A DNA stretch of 64,000 bases. Source: an uncultured Candidatus Saccharibacteria bacterium. GTDB taxonomy: Bacteria; Patescibacteriota; Minisyncoccia; Phycocordibacterales; CSBR16-119. Position numbers and translations under genes: made by a program. Location of the stretch: positions 73,486-137,485 of the forward strand of contig CAZBAG010000002.1 in the NCBI GenBank assembly GCA_964490365.1, read 5' to 3'. The notes below the pieces were generated by a model. That model was not told the DNA's origin, did not search any database, and was given only the letters and a program-made list of their open reading frames with translations. This document shows positions 46,619-57,008 of this stretch, piece by piece (the stretch's first letter is position 1; each line of letters opens with the position of its first letter).

Positions 46619-47749
46619 ATGAAATCTAAATACCTAAGTGGCCTTATATTTCTGACTTTTCTTGTTTTGTCATTTCCTATATTTGCTGAAGCTGACCAGA
46701 AAAGCGATATATCAAAAGGGGAAGTGATAGAAATAGTTCAAGAAACAGAAGAAATGGACATTCTTAAGGACAATTCGCTAACGATACAACATTTAAAGGT
46801 CAAAAACACAAAAAGTCATGAAATTGTTGATGTATATAATGATTTTCGACCTGTTTCTGTGGGGCAAAAGGTTTTCTATGTGCCCAACGATTCAGGGGGT
46901 GGGGAACAGCAAAATATCCTTGTAGGTATTAGTCGTTTGACTCAAATAGTGCTTCTAAGCCTCCTTTTTATTATAGTTGTTGCGATTTTCTCAGGGTTTA
47001 AGGGTATTAGATCTATTTTTTCGCTTATTTTAAGCTTTTTAGCTATATTTTACGTGATGATACCCCTTATTTTAAAAGGGGTAAATCCGCTTATTGTAGG
47101 CCCTATTTTGGCTCTCACTATCTTGTTTTTTGCCATTTTTCTCTCATACGGGTTCAATAGAGTGTCAAAAATAGCCTTCCTGGGTACTGGAATAACTGTT
47201 GTTATTACTAGTATTTTGGCATTTTTCGCTATTAAATTCTTTGCGCTTTCAGGTATTACTGATGAAACAGCCCTTTATTTAGGTTATTTTTCTGAGGTTT
47301 CACTAAATTTAGTCAATTTGCTCACAGCTGGGATTATTATCGGAATACTTGGGGTTTTGGACGACATTGCTGTTACTCAGGTTGCCGTTGTCCGTGAACT
47401 CTATCTTTCAAATAGCAGTTTAACGGTCAAAGAAGTATATAGAAGAGCGTTGCGGGTTGGTCAGGATCACGTTTCTGCCCTTGTAAATACACTTGTATTA
47501 GCATATGTTGGTGTTGCTCTGCCCTTAATTTTAATTTTAAGACTCTCAAATAGTGGTTTTCAGTTTAATATGAGTCAAGAAATTATTGCTTCAGAGATTG
47601 TGAGAACTATTGTCGGCAGTATAGGAGTAGTACTCGCTGTTCCGATTACCACATACTTAGCGGCAAAATTTTTAGGGAAAGATAAAGATAAACTTTCTAA
47701 AATTCACTTTCATGGTGGTCACTCTCACGATCACCATAGTCACGAGTAG
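46619..47749 (+). CDS. YibE/F family membrane protein
   Basis: LGVLDDIAVTQ, VNTLVLAYVG, EIVRTIVGSIG; His-rich tail. Confidence 0.9.
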   Translation: MKSKYLSGLIFLTFLVLSFPIFAEADQKSDISKGEVIEIVQETEEMDILKDNSLTIQHLKVKNTKSHEIVDVYNDFRPVSVGQKVFYVPNDSGGGEQQNILVGISRLTQIVLLSLLFIIVVAIFSGFKGIRSIFSLILSFLAIFYVMIPLILKGVNPLIVGPILALTILFFAIFLSYGFNRVSKIAFLGTGITVVITSILAFFAIKFFALSGITDETALYLGYFSEVSLNLVNLLTAGIIIGILGVLDDIAVTQVAVVRELYLSNSSLTVKEVYRRALRVGQDHVSALVNTLVLAYVGVALPLILILRLSNSGFQFNMSQEIIASEIVRTIVGSIGVVLAVPITTYLAAKFLGKDKDKLSKIHFHGGHSHDHHSHE

Positions 47750-47884
47750 AAGATTATTTTTCTTGTTTTCTTGACCACACAAAATAAGAGTTATCAACAC
47801 TTTTATTTTTAAAGACTACGCTCTATATAAAAACTCAAATATAATATATTACGTATTAATAATTAAAAAACGTTTGTATTGTAT

Positions 47885-50800
47885 ATGAAGTTACAAAAAG
47901 CATTCTTTCTTGTTCTCGGCCTCGCCTTTTTGGTGTCGCTGGGTTCTTTAGTTTCTGGGGCACCTGGTCAAAAAGCTCAAGTAGTTAGTGGACAAAACTC
48001 TATTGGTGTTACATCACCATCAACAAGCACTATTGTAGCAGCAGGGCAATCTGTTCCTACAACATGTCAGTATGCTACGGCGTCTGGATTCTCAGTAACG
48101 ACACTTCAGTGGTCAGCTGAGACGACAAATGATCTCGAAACACCTATTACAAGTATGGTTCCAACTGGAGCAACAGGATCTGAAACAAGAAATATCGTAG
48201 TTCCTGTTGGCGGCACTGGCTCTGTCATCTTAAAGTGTTATGCTGAATACGCAAATGCTTCTACAGGTGTTGAAATGCAAATTGCATCTCAAAGAGTTCT
48301 CAATATCTCTGGAACTGTAACACCTCCAACAAACGACACCACAGCACCTACTGTTCCATCAGGACTTACTGTAACTGCAACAAGTTACTCAAGTCTTACA
48401 CTTAACTGGACAGCATCCACAGATGCAGGTGGTGTAGCTTCATACGAGATCTTCCGAAACAATGGAGGGTCAACAGCAATCAATACAACAACTCCTATCG
48501 CTGTAGTTAATCATCCAACAACTACATATCTAAACTCAGGTCTTCTTGCGAATAAGACATATAAATATAGAATACGAGCAAAGGATACAGCGGGAAACGT
48601 TTCATCACTTACTTCAACAGTAAGTCGAACAACTCTCGCTATTGGTATACCAACAAACGTTACCATTACCAATCCAACAACTTCATCTCTTACGGTAAAC
48701 TGGACAGCGCCAACAAGTGGAGCATACGAATATGCAATTTTTGCAAACAACGGTGGTACCACAGCAATCAATACAACAACTCCTATTGCAACAGTTCCAG
48801 CGGGTGTAACAACATACACACGAACAGGACTTACTCCTGCAACTTCATATAAATTTAGAGTAGCAGCCCTTACTGATGCGGGTAGTCGATCATCTCTTAC
48901 AACTGTGAAAACAGGCGTGACAGCAAGTAGTGGACCATCTGACACCACCGCCCCAACAGTAACCATCACAGCTCCAACTGCTTCACAAGTTCTTGCAGCA
49001 GGTACTACTTCTACAAACCTTACGGTTACCACAAACGAGAATGCAACCTGTAAATGGTCAACAACCAACACAGCATACGCAAGTATGACCAACACCATGA
49101 CAGGATCTGGTTCTACTTCACACTCAGCTTCTCAAACAGGTCTTACCAATGGAACATCATACACACGATACGTATCATGTGCTGATACAGCAGGTAATGC
49201 TTCGACAACACAAAGTAGAGCGTTTAGTGTGGGATCTCCAGTTGCTGATACTACTGCACCAACATTCTCTGGTCTTGCAGCAACAGCTTCAACGGTAAAC
49301 TCAGTTACTCTTGATTGGTCAGATTCTACAGATCCTTCATCTCCGGTGACCTATAAGATTTACCGAAGCACAACTCAAACAGGAACATTTACTCAAGTTG
49401 GAGGAACTCTTTCAACAAGTGCATTTGTTGATTCTGGTCTTACTGCTTCAACAACATATTGGTATAAAGGAGTTGCTTGTGATGCGGTCAACAATTGTTC
49501 AGCTCAAAGTGCGGCGGTAAGCCGAGCAACAACTGCTGCTCCTGACACCACCGCCCCAACAGTAACCATCACAGCTCCAACTGCTTCACAAGTTCTTGCA
49601 GCAGGTACTACTTCTACAAACCTTACGGTTACCACAAACGAGAATGCAACCTGTAAATGGTCAACAACCAACACAGCATACGCAAGTATGACCAACACCA
49701 TGACAGGATCTGGTTCTACTTCACACTCAGCTTCTCAAACAGGTCTTACCAATGGAACATCATACACACGATACGTATCATGTGCTGATACAGCAGGTAA
49801 TGCTTCGACAACACAAAGTAGAGCGTTTAGTGTGGCTCTTGCAGCGCCAAGTGCACCAACCGGTGTAACAGTTGGCTCTCCAACAACTTCATCTCTTGTT
49901 GTAAACTGGACAGCAGTAACTAGTGCAACATCATACAAAGTCTATCGAGTTGCTTCAAACGGTCTTGTTGATGGGACTATTCCAGCGCTTACAGTTGCAA
50001 CACCAAACGTATCAACAACCGTTACAGGGCTTTCATCTGGTACCGCATACCGATTCCTCGTAACAGCAGTGAACTCTGTAGGCGAATCAACACTAACTCC
50101 AAGTGGAACAAACAATGCAAGTGCAACAACATCTTCACCACAAATTACTGTTTCATCACTTGAACTTGTTCGAACAAACGGAACAGTTGTTGAATCACTC
50201 GATGGAGGAGAATCAATTAACGTTGGAACTCAAAATGGAGGAGTGGGTCCAAACATTTCAGTACGAGCAAGCACAAACCCAGCTACTCCAGGAAGTGTTG
50301 TATTCTCTCTCCAAAAACCAAACAGTACAACACACACACTTACTGAAAACTCTGCGCCATATACGTTGTTCGGCGACACCAGTGACACAGTGATTGTTGC
50401 TTGGCAAAACCTTCTTCCAGGAGGATATACACTAACTGTAACTCCATACGCAGGTACAAATGGAACAGGACAAGTTGGAGTACCACGAACAGTGCAATTC
50501 CAAATTGTAAACAATGATGACACCACAGCACCAGTAAACCCAACAAACGTTGCGATTACGTATCGATCAGCATCTCAACTTAAAGTTGGATGGACTAATT
50601 CAACATCATCTGATGTTGCTTCATATCGAGTCTACCGAGACAACGTTTCTATGGGTGTTGTGAATCATCCAACAAATACATTTACTGATACATCAGTAAA
50701 TGCGACAGGAAACTATGTATACAAAGCAGTAGCAATTGACACATCAAACAATGAAGCAACTCTTCCAGGAACTGGTGTAACTTCGCCAACACTTTCTACA

Positions 50801-53800
50801 GCCTTCGTACTTAACAATCAAGTAGAAACAAATACAAGTGCTCAGGTTAAATCAGCACCTGAATCAACAACTGTTGCTGGTACACAAGCAACAGGTTCTA
50901 TTGGAACAATAACAAACGGACCAGTATGGGTAACAGGCGGTGTTCAACACTGGTATGTTAACTTTAACTCAGGTACTGATGGTTGGGTAAACCAAGCTAA
51001 TCTTGACCTCTATACAGCACCAACAACTGATACTACTGCGCCAGCATATCCAGGAGGAAATGCAGCATTTACCGTAACAGCAGGATCACAAACATCACTC
51101 GTCCTTGATTGGGCAGATGCAACAGACGCAACAGCTCCAGTAACATATAAAGTTTCAAGAAGTACTTCTGCAAGTGGACCATTTACTCAAGTTTCTCCAG
51201 CATTCACAGCAAGTACCTTTAACGACAACAACGCTGGTCTTACCGCAGGATCAACACGATACTACCAATTGATTGCTTGTGACGCCGTAACGCCAACTCA
51301 AAACTGTACAACACCAATTGTTCAAGGGGGTACAACTTCACCTGTTGTTGATACGACTGCTCCAACAGTAACGATTTCAGCGCCAACAGCAAATGAAGTA
51401 TTCCCATCAGGAACAACCAACGCAACACTTACTGTTTCTACGAACGAACCAGCAACCTGTAAATGGTCAACAACCAACACAGCATACGCAAGTATGACCA
51501 ACACCATGACAGGATCTGGTTCTACTTCACACTCAGCTTCTCAAACAGGTCTTACCAATGGAACATCATACACACGATACGTATCATGTGCTGATACAGC
51601 AGGTAATGCTTCGACAACACAAAGTAGAGCGTTTAGTGTGGCCGTGTTTGTTCCTGACACAACAGCTCCAGCCGGAACCTTAAACCCAGTAGTAGGTTCT
51701 CCTACATCAAGTAGTCTCACTGTTTCTTGGTCAGCTCTTACCGATTCAACAACACCAATTAACTACCGACTCTACCGAAGCACAACTCAAACAGGAACAT
51801 TTACACAAGTTGGTGGAAATATTACTGGTACATCATATGTTGACACTGGACGATCTGCTTCAACAACATATTGGTATAAAGTAGATGCCTGTGATAGTGC
51901 TACGACACCAAACTGTACTTCTCAATCAGCGGCAGTAAGTGGAACAACTGTTTCAGAGGGAACTGAACCACCAATTACTACAACATGTCCTACAATGCCT
52001 TCAATTACTGGAGACATTCACACACAAAAAGCAGTACAACTATGTGCAGAAATTTCAAACAACCCAAATAGAATCACTCTTAAGTGGGCAAACGTTTCAG
52101 GAAGAACGCAAACAAGTGCAACAATCTCAAGAAAAGCTGGCCTAGCTTCAACCTCATTCACTTCACTAGGAACAGTATCAGGTAATGCAACAAGTTACGT
52201 TGATAACACTGCGGTTGCTGGAACATACTATGAATACAAGGTTCAAGTAAACTCAAATGCATACGGATATATTGCTGCTGGAATCAATGTTCCTCAAGAA
52301 TCATATCGAGGTAAAATGGTTCTTGTTATCGACAACACATTCCAAACATCACTCGCATCACAAATTAGCACACTCGTAGATGACCTTACAGCTGATAAAT
52401 GGGTGGTAATACCAAAATATGTAAGTCGAAGTGATACACCAACAACAGTTCGAAATGCTATTAAAGCAGAATACGATGCCGATCCAACAAACGTAAAGGC
52501 CGTATATCTTCTTGGACACGTTCCTGTTCCACGAGCTGGAAACTTCAATGGTGATGGACATGGATCACGTGCGCTTTCAACTGATACATATTATGGAGAA
52601 ATGACTCAAGAGTTCAATAAACTCTCAAATGGATGTACACCATATACAGAAATCTCAAACATACCAGCTGGCCCGTCTGATTGGAGTCTATCGCCGATAA
52701 ACTACTCTCAATGGCAAAGTCCATATCAAGTGAGTTCATTTATGCCAATTCCACCAACGACTCATAAATTCTGTCTTACAAGTGGTCAAACTCCTTCTGC
52801 TCTTGAACTGCAAGTTGGACGAGTAGATATGTTTGCGCTTACAGTCTATAGTCAATCAGAACAAACACTACTTTCAAACTATCTAACAAAAGCAAGAGAA
52901 TTTAAGAGAAAAGTGTGGACACCGGTAAAAAGAGCATTTATCCGAGATGGACTTATCTATCAAGGATATGATGGAGGTAAGTTCGTATGGGGGATGTTGC
53001 CATCTATTGTTGGACCACTTGTCGGATCAAACATTACGGCAGATAACGGTGTAAGTAGTATGGCCGCAATGAACACGGCAACATCAAGTGCAAATACATA
53101 CTTGTTTACGTCGTTACGATACGGAGGTACAACAACTGCTGTTGACTATGCTGGAGGTACGGCTCTTGGTAGTAGTTATACACATGCATCATCAGGATTT
53201 GAAATGGGTGGTGTGTTTAATCAATATGTAGCAAGTTATATTCCAGAATGGGGAGACTATAATGCACTTCTTCGAGCCGCTCTTGCTGATGGTAAGGCTC
53301 TCGCTTCTATGCATGGTGATGACCGAAACTGGTACTTGCATTCAATGGGTCTTGGTCAAAATATTGGTTACGCAGGTAAGATGACTGTAAATAACACAAC
53401 CTCACTATATGTTCCAGTCGGAGGTATCTGGGATAGCAACTATGGCGGTAATGGGTTTATGTCACTTCTTGGCGATCCATCACTACGAGCTGAATATGTT
53501 GCTCCGGTTTCTTCTCTCACACTTTCAAACAGCTCTGGTAAGACAGCAATGTCATGGCCAGCAGCTTCAAGTGCTACTCATGGGTATAATGTATACAAAA
53601 TAACTTCAGGTGGTATTACAAAACTTAATGGAGCACCGATCACAGGAACAAGTTACACTTCAACAGATAACTATACTTCAGGAAACAAATACATGGTTAC
53701 TGCAGTAAAACTTGAAACAACAAACGGTGGAACATATTACAATGAATCGCTTGGTGCAATTGCAACAGTCGGTGGGGTGGCCTCAGATACGACGGCCCCC

Positions 53801-56224
53801 TCAACGCCGTCTGGGCTTGTTACCAACGGCTCAACTTCAAACTCACTTAGTTTCTCTTGGACAGCGTCATCTGACGCTGTTGGAGTTACAGGGTACAAAG
53901 TGTATCGAAGTTCTTCCCTAACTGGTACCTATAGTCAGGTGGCAACAGGAATTACAACAACAAGCTATACCGATTCTGGTCTTAGTGCGAGTACAACCTA
54001 CTACTACAAAGTGTCTGCATACGATGCTGCCGCAAATGACTCTGCTCAATCTTCAGCAATTACACTTACGACATCTGCTGCAGGTAGTGGCGGAGGTCAA
54101 GTACTTGGTATTAATGGACCAGTCGGTCCAAGCCTTACTGATAACGCTTCGGTCTGTACAAACCCATCTGGTGGAACTATTTACTACGTTGATTCAATGT
54201 CAGGGAATGATTCAAACAGTGGCACTTCAACAACTACTGCATGGAAAACAATAGGTAGACTTAACACAGGTGCCTCATCTTTCTCTCCGGGAACAATGAC
54301 TTGTTTCAAGCGAGGTGGTATTTATCCAGGAACAATTACTCTTCCTGTGTCAGGAACACAATCAGCACCAATTCGATTTGATGCGTATGGATCTGGTAAT
54401 GCGCCAATTATCTCTGGATTCGACCAAATTACAACACCATGGGTAGCTCACTCAGGTAATATCTGGAAAACAACCATCGCCACAGGTCTAACACCAAAAC
54501 AACTTCAAGTAAGTGGTACTGTGCAAAAACTTGCACGTCATCCAAACACTGGATGGCTTCAAACAACAAATAAAACCGCAACAACCACCTCAGGATCTTG
54601 GATCGGTACTCAAACAGCAGGATCTCTTGTTGGTGCAAATATTGTACAGTTAGCAAATCCTTGGGCATGGTTCCGAGATAAAGTGACAGCACAATCTGGG
54701 TCAACAGTAACGTTTGCTTCTCCGGGTGCAGCAATTTTTACAGGCGAGCAAGCTGGTTGGTCATATGGTTTTGAAAATAAACTATCATTCTTAGATTCTG
54801 CGGGTGAATGGTACTACAATGATGTGACGGGAGAGCTCTATCTTTGGGCACCAAGTAGTGCAAACCCAAATAGCTTGTTGGTAGAAATTTCTTCTCGAAA
54901 TCTTGGAATTGTTCTACGAGAAAATATGCCAGATGCTGATATTCAGTTTAAAAATCTTGTTTTCGAAGGTTACAGTACGGCAATTAGTCAAGATGGAATG
55001 CAAACACGAGTGCTCTATGAAAATCTTGAGTTGAGAAAATCTGGACGAGCACTCCTCATGTGGACACCAAGTGAAAATATTAACGACGCAAACACTATTC
55101 GAAATAACTATATTCACGATATTCAACAAGATGCAGTTGCACTCTTCAGTGGAAATGGTCACACATTTGAAGGAAACGTGGTGAAAGATGTTGGGGTTGA
55201 TCCTTGGCTTGCTGCAAACTCTACAACATGGGGAATGATCGGGCTCAACACAGGAACATCAAACCAAATTGTTCGAAGAAATAAATTTGAAAATATTGGG
55301 TACACAGGAATCTTTGTAAACGGTAGTGGTCTTGTTGAAGAAAATTATCTTGAAAACATGCTGGTATCAACAACGGATGGTGCAGGTATTATGTGGAACG
55401 TAGCAGACGGACTTACCGTTCGAAAGAATATTGTAAAAGATGTTCACTCAAACGTAGATAACATGCCTCTGCCATACCCAACCTACAGTCCAATTGGTAA
55501 TGCATTCTACTACGGAGACGACACGATTAAGAACACAACGGTAGAAGGTAACATTGCAATTGATATTGAAAATGATGCATACGTTATGGATCACGGTGCA
55601 GAATATACAAACAACAGAACTATTAACAATATCGGATTTGATTTCGGACGAGGAGGACTCTTCTTCTCAGATGCTTCAATTTATCGAGACATTGGTCCTT
55701 CATATGGTCAATCATATATGCAACTCTGTCTTCCATATGAAAACAGTACATGTTTCAGACCACAATTTAACGATGTGGTAACAGGAAATAAGTTGTACGG
55801 TATAAAACCAGATGGATTTAATAGTGCAGCAAACTATGGAACAGGTAGTAGAGGAATTTACATGTTCTACGTATACAGTAACGGCAGTGGTGCGCACGTA
55901 GATTACGGCACCATCAACAATAACTACTACTATAACCGTTTAAGTGCTGAACGAGTAACAACACGCTTGCCAGTTATCGGTCCATTTACTACAATAGACC
56001 ACACTTTAGCAGAATGGAGGACTGCTTCAGGGGAAGATATGAACTCAACAGAATCAAGTTATCCTGCATCGAGTACACGACCAGAACCAAGTATCTTCTA
56101 TAACGCAACAAGTGCTCCAATCACACAATCTGTTAACGGGTGTACATCAACAAACACACCTCTAACAGGAACACAAACTATCCAGCCATTCACCGCATTA
56201 GTAGTAGAGTATGGTAATTGTTAA
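47885..56224 (+). CDS. Giant secreted/surface protein: FN3 and Ig-like repeats, C25(gingipain)-like domain, right-handed beta-helix
   Basis: Signal peptide; repeated DTTAP-linked FN3/Ig modules; VYLLGHVP..VGRVD..LLGDPSLR; YYVDSMSGNDSNSG...AWKTI followed by parallel beta-helix repeats. Confidence 0.85.
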   Translation: MKLQKAFFLVLGLAFLVSLGSLVSGAPGQKAQVVSGQNSIGVTSPSTSTIVAAGQSVPTTCQYATASGFSVTTLQWSAETTNDLETPITSMVPTGATGSETRNIVVPVGGTGSVILKCYAEYANASTGVEMQIASQRVLNISGTVTPPTNDTTAPTVPSGLTVTATSYSSLTLNWTASTDAGGVASYEIFRNNGGSTAINTTTPIAVVNHPTTTYLNSGLLANKTYKYRIRAKDTAGNVSSLTSTVSRTTLAIGIPTNVTITNPTTSSLTVNWTAPTSGAYEYAIFANNGGTTAINTTTPIATVPAGVTTYTRTGLTPATSYKFRVAALTDAGSRSSLTTVKTGVTASSGPSDTTAPTVTITAPTASQVLAAGTTSTNLTVTTNENATCKWSTTNTAYASMTNTMTGSGSTSHSASQTGLTNGTSYTRYVSCADTAGNASTTQSRAFSVGSPVADTTAPTFSGLAATASTVNSVTLDWSDSTDPSSPVTYKIYRSTTQTGTFTQVGGTLSTSAFVDSGLTASTTYWYKGVACDAVNNCSAQSAAVSRATTAAPDTTAPTVTITAPTASQVLAAGTTSTNLTVTTNENATCKWSTTNTAYASMTNTMTGSGSTSHSASQTGLTNGTSYTRYVSCADTAGNASTTQSRAFSVALAAPSAPTGVTVGSPTTSSLVVNWTAVTSATSYKVYRVASNGLVDGTIPALTVATPNVSTTVTGLSSGTAYRFLVTAVNSVGESTLTPSGTNNASATTSSPQITVSSLELVRTNGTVVESLDGGESINVGTQNGGVGPNISVRASTNPATPGSVVFSLQKPNSTTHTLTENSAPYTLFGDTSDTVIVAWQNLLPGGYTLTVTPYAGTNGTGQVGVPRTVQFQIVNNDDTTAPVNPTNVAITYRSASQLKVGWTNSTSSDVASYRVYRDNVSMGVVNHPTNTFTDTSVNATGNYVYKAVAIDTSNNEATLPGTGVTSPTLSTAFVLNNQVETNTSAQVKSAPESTTVAGTQATGSIGTITNGPVWVTGGVQHWYVNFNSGTDGWVNQANLDLYTAPTTDTTAPAYPGGNAAFTVTAGSQTSLVLDWADATDATAPVTYKVSRSTSASGPFTQVSPAFTASTFNDNNAGLTAGSTRYYQLIACDAVTPTQNCTTPIVQGGTTSPVVDTTAPTVTISAPTANEVFPSGTTNATLTVSTNEPATCKWSTTNTAYASMTNTMTGSGSTSHSASQTGLTNGTSYTRYVSCADTAGNASTTQSRAFSVAVFVPDTTAPAGTLNPVVGSPTSSSLTVSWSALTDSTTPINYRLYRSTTQTGTFTQVGGNITGTSYVDTGRSASTTYWYKVDACDSATTPNCTSQSAAVSGTTVSEGTEPPITTTCPTMPSITGDIHTQKAVQLCAEISNNPNRITLKWANVSGRTQTSATISRKAGLASTSFTSLGTVSGNATSYVDNTAVAGTYYEYKVQVNSNAYGYIAAGINVPQESYRGKMVLVIDNTFQTSLASQISTLVDDLTADKWVVIPKYVSRSDTPTTVRNAIKAEYDADPTNVKAVYLLGHVPVPRAGNFNGDGHGSRALSTDTYYGEMTQEFNKLSNGCTPYTEISNIPAGPSDWSLSPINYSQWQSPYQVSSFMPIPPTTHKFCLTSGQTPSALELQVGRVDMFALTVYSQSEQTLLSNYLTKAREFKRKVWTPVKRAFIRDGLIYQGYDGGKFVWGMLPSIVGPLVGSNITADNGVSSMAAMNTATSSANTYLFTSLRYGGTTTAVDYAGGTALGSSYTHASSGFEMGGVFNQYVASYIPEWGDYNALLRAALADGKALASMHGDDRNWYLHSMGLGQNIGYAGKMTVNNTTSLYVPVGGIWDSNYGGNGFMSLLGDPSLRAEYVAPVSSLTLSNSSGKTAMSWPAASSATHGYNVYKITSGGITKLNGAPITGTSYTSTDNYTSGNKYMVTAVKLETTNGGTYYNESLGAIATVGGVASDTTAPSTPSGLVTNGSTSNSLSFSWTASSDAVGVTGYKVYRSSSLTGTYSQVATGITTTSYTDSGLSASTTYYYKVSAYDAAANDSAQSSAITLTTSAAGSGGGQVLGINGPVGPSLTDNASVCTNPSGGTIYYVDSMSGNDSNSGTSTTTAWKTIGRLNTGASSFSPGTMTCFKRGGIYPGTITLPVSGTQSAPIRFDAYGSGNAPIISGFDQITTPWVAHSGNIWKTTIATGLTPKQLQVSGTVQKLARHPNTGWLQTTNKTATTTSGSWIGTQTAGSLVGANIVQLANPWAWFRDKVTAQSGSTVTFASPGAAIFTGEQAGWSYGFENKLSFLDSAGEWYYNDVTGELYLWAPSSANPNSLLVEISSRNLGIVLRENMPDADIQFKNLVFEGYSTAISQDGMQTRVLYENLELRKSGRALLMWTPSENINDANTIRNNYIHDIQQDAVALFSGNGHTFEGNVVKDVGVDPWLAANSTTWGMIGLNTGTSNQIVRRNKFENIGYTGIFVNGSGLVEENYLENMLVSTTDGAGIMWNVADGLTVRKNIVKDVHSNVDNMPLPYPTYSPIGNAFYYGDDTIKNTTVEGNIAIDIENDAYVMDHGAEYTNNRTINNIGFDFGRGGLFFSDASIYRDIGPSYGQSYMQLCLPYENSTCFRPQFNDVVTGNKLYGIKPDGFNSAANYGTGSRGIYMFYVYSNGSGAHVDYGTINNNYYYNRLSAERVTTRLPVIGPFTTIDHTLAEWRTASGEDMNSTESSYPASSTRPEPSIFYNATSAPITQSVNGCTSTNTPLTGTQTIQPFTALVVEYGNC
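48939..51641 (+). repeat. Intragenic direct repeats: 294 bp twice (48939-49232, 49542-49835) plus a 190-bp third copy (51452-51641)
   Basis: Nucleotide sequence appears identical by eye, including synonymous sites. Confidence 0.9.
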
Positions 56225-56228
56225 ATAT

Positions 56229-56525
56229 ATGAAAAGAATAGTAATTTTGATCTCAGTTGTCTTGGTTCTACTCATCGCATATCTTGTAATGAGTAAGAAG
56301 AATATGGACACGGGCAACAACGAAGCAAATGTGATCTCTAACCTTTTCAAAGGTAAGACAGAAGAAAAGCCTGCAGATACAAAACCTATGGAAACATCAA
56401 AGGGTAGACCGGCGATAACTCCAGCAATGACAAGGTTTAAAGGAAATGATCCTAAAAAGGTGCAGGAAGTATTCATTGATGGACTTAAAAAACAAGTTCC
56501 AAAAGGACAAGACGTACCAAGATAA
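56229..56525 (+). CDS. Small membrane-anchored protein
   Basis: N-terminal TM; directly follows the giant gene; terminator at 56527-56559. Confidence 0.65.
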   Translation: MKRIVILISVVLVLLIAYLVMSKKNMDTGNNEANVISNLFKGKTEEKPADTKPMETSKGRPAITPAMTRFKGNDPKKVQEVFIDGLKKQVPKGQDVPR

Positions 56526-56577
56526 TATATAAAAAGACCCCAAAAGGGTCTTTTTATATTGTGCTATAATTACTTCT

Positions 56578-57006
56578 ATGAAAATTGGATTGAAATCACA
56601 GGTAAAGAACAGTAAAGATTTTACGATTATTAAAGCGAAAAAAGGTGCAGGATTTGGACTCAAAACAAATAAAAGCTTTAAAAAAGGCGACTTTGTTATT
56701 GAATATATTGGTATAAAGCGACTTAATAAAGATATTGAATACCATACAGGAAAATATCTATTTGAAATTGATGAAACGTACACGATTGATGGAAGTCCAC
56801 GATGGAACATTGCTAGGTATATTAATCATTCTTGTCGACCAAACTGTGAAGTAGAGATTGATGCAGAAGGGAAAATACTCATTGAGGCAATAAAGCCAAT
56901 ACAACCAGGAGAAGAAATAACGTACGATTACGGCAAAGAATACTTTAATGAATTCATAAAGCCAATTGGGTGTAGATGTGTAAAGTGTTTAGCAAAAAAG
57001 AAATAA
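56578..57006 (+). CDS. SET domain protein-lysine methyltransferase
   Basis: GFGL, EYIG, RYINHSCRPN, GEEITYDY, post-SET CRCVKC. Confidence 0.93.
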   Translation: MKIGLKSQVKNSKDFTIIKAKKGAGFGLKTNKSFKKGDFVIEYIGIKRLNKDIEYHTGKYLFEIDETYTIDGSPRWNIARYINHSCRPNCEVEIDAEGKILIEAIKPIQPGEEITYDYGKEYFNEFIKPIGCRCVKCLAKKK

Positions 57007-57008
57007 GT

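Noticed and set aside
48511-51507. Repeated antisense ORFs beginning MVLVILAYAVLVVDHLQV
   Set aside because: Reverse-frame shadows of the Thr-rich repeats in the giant gene.
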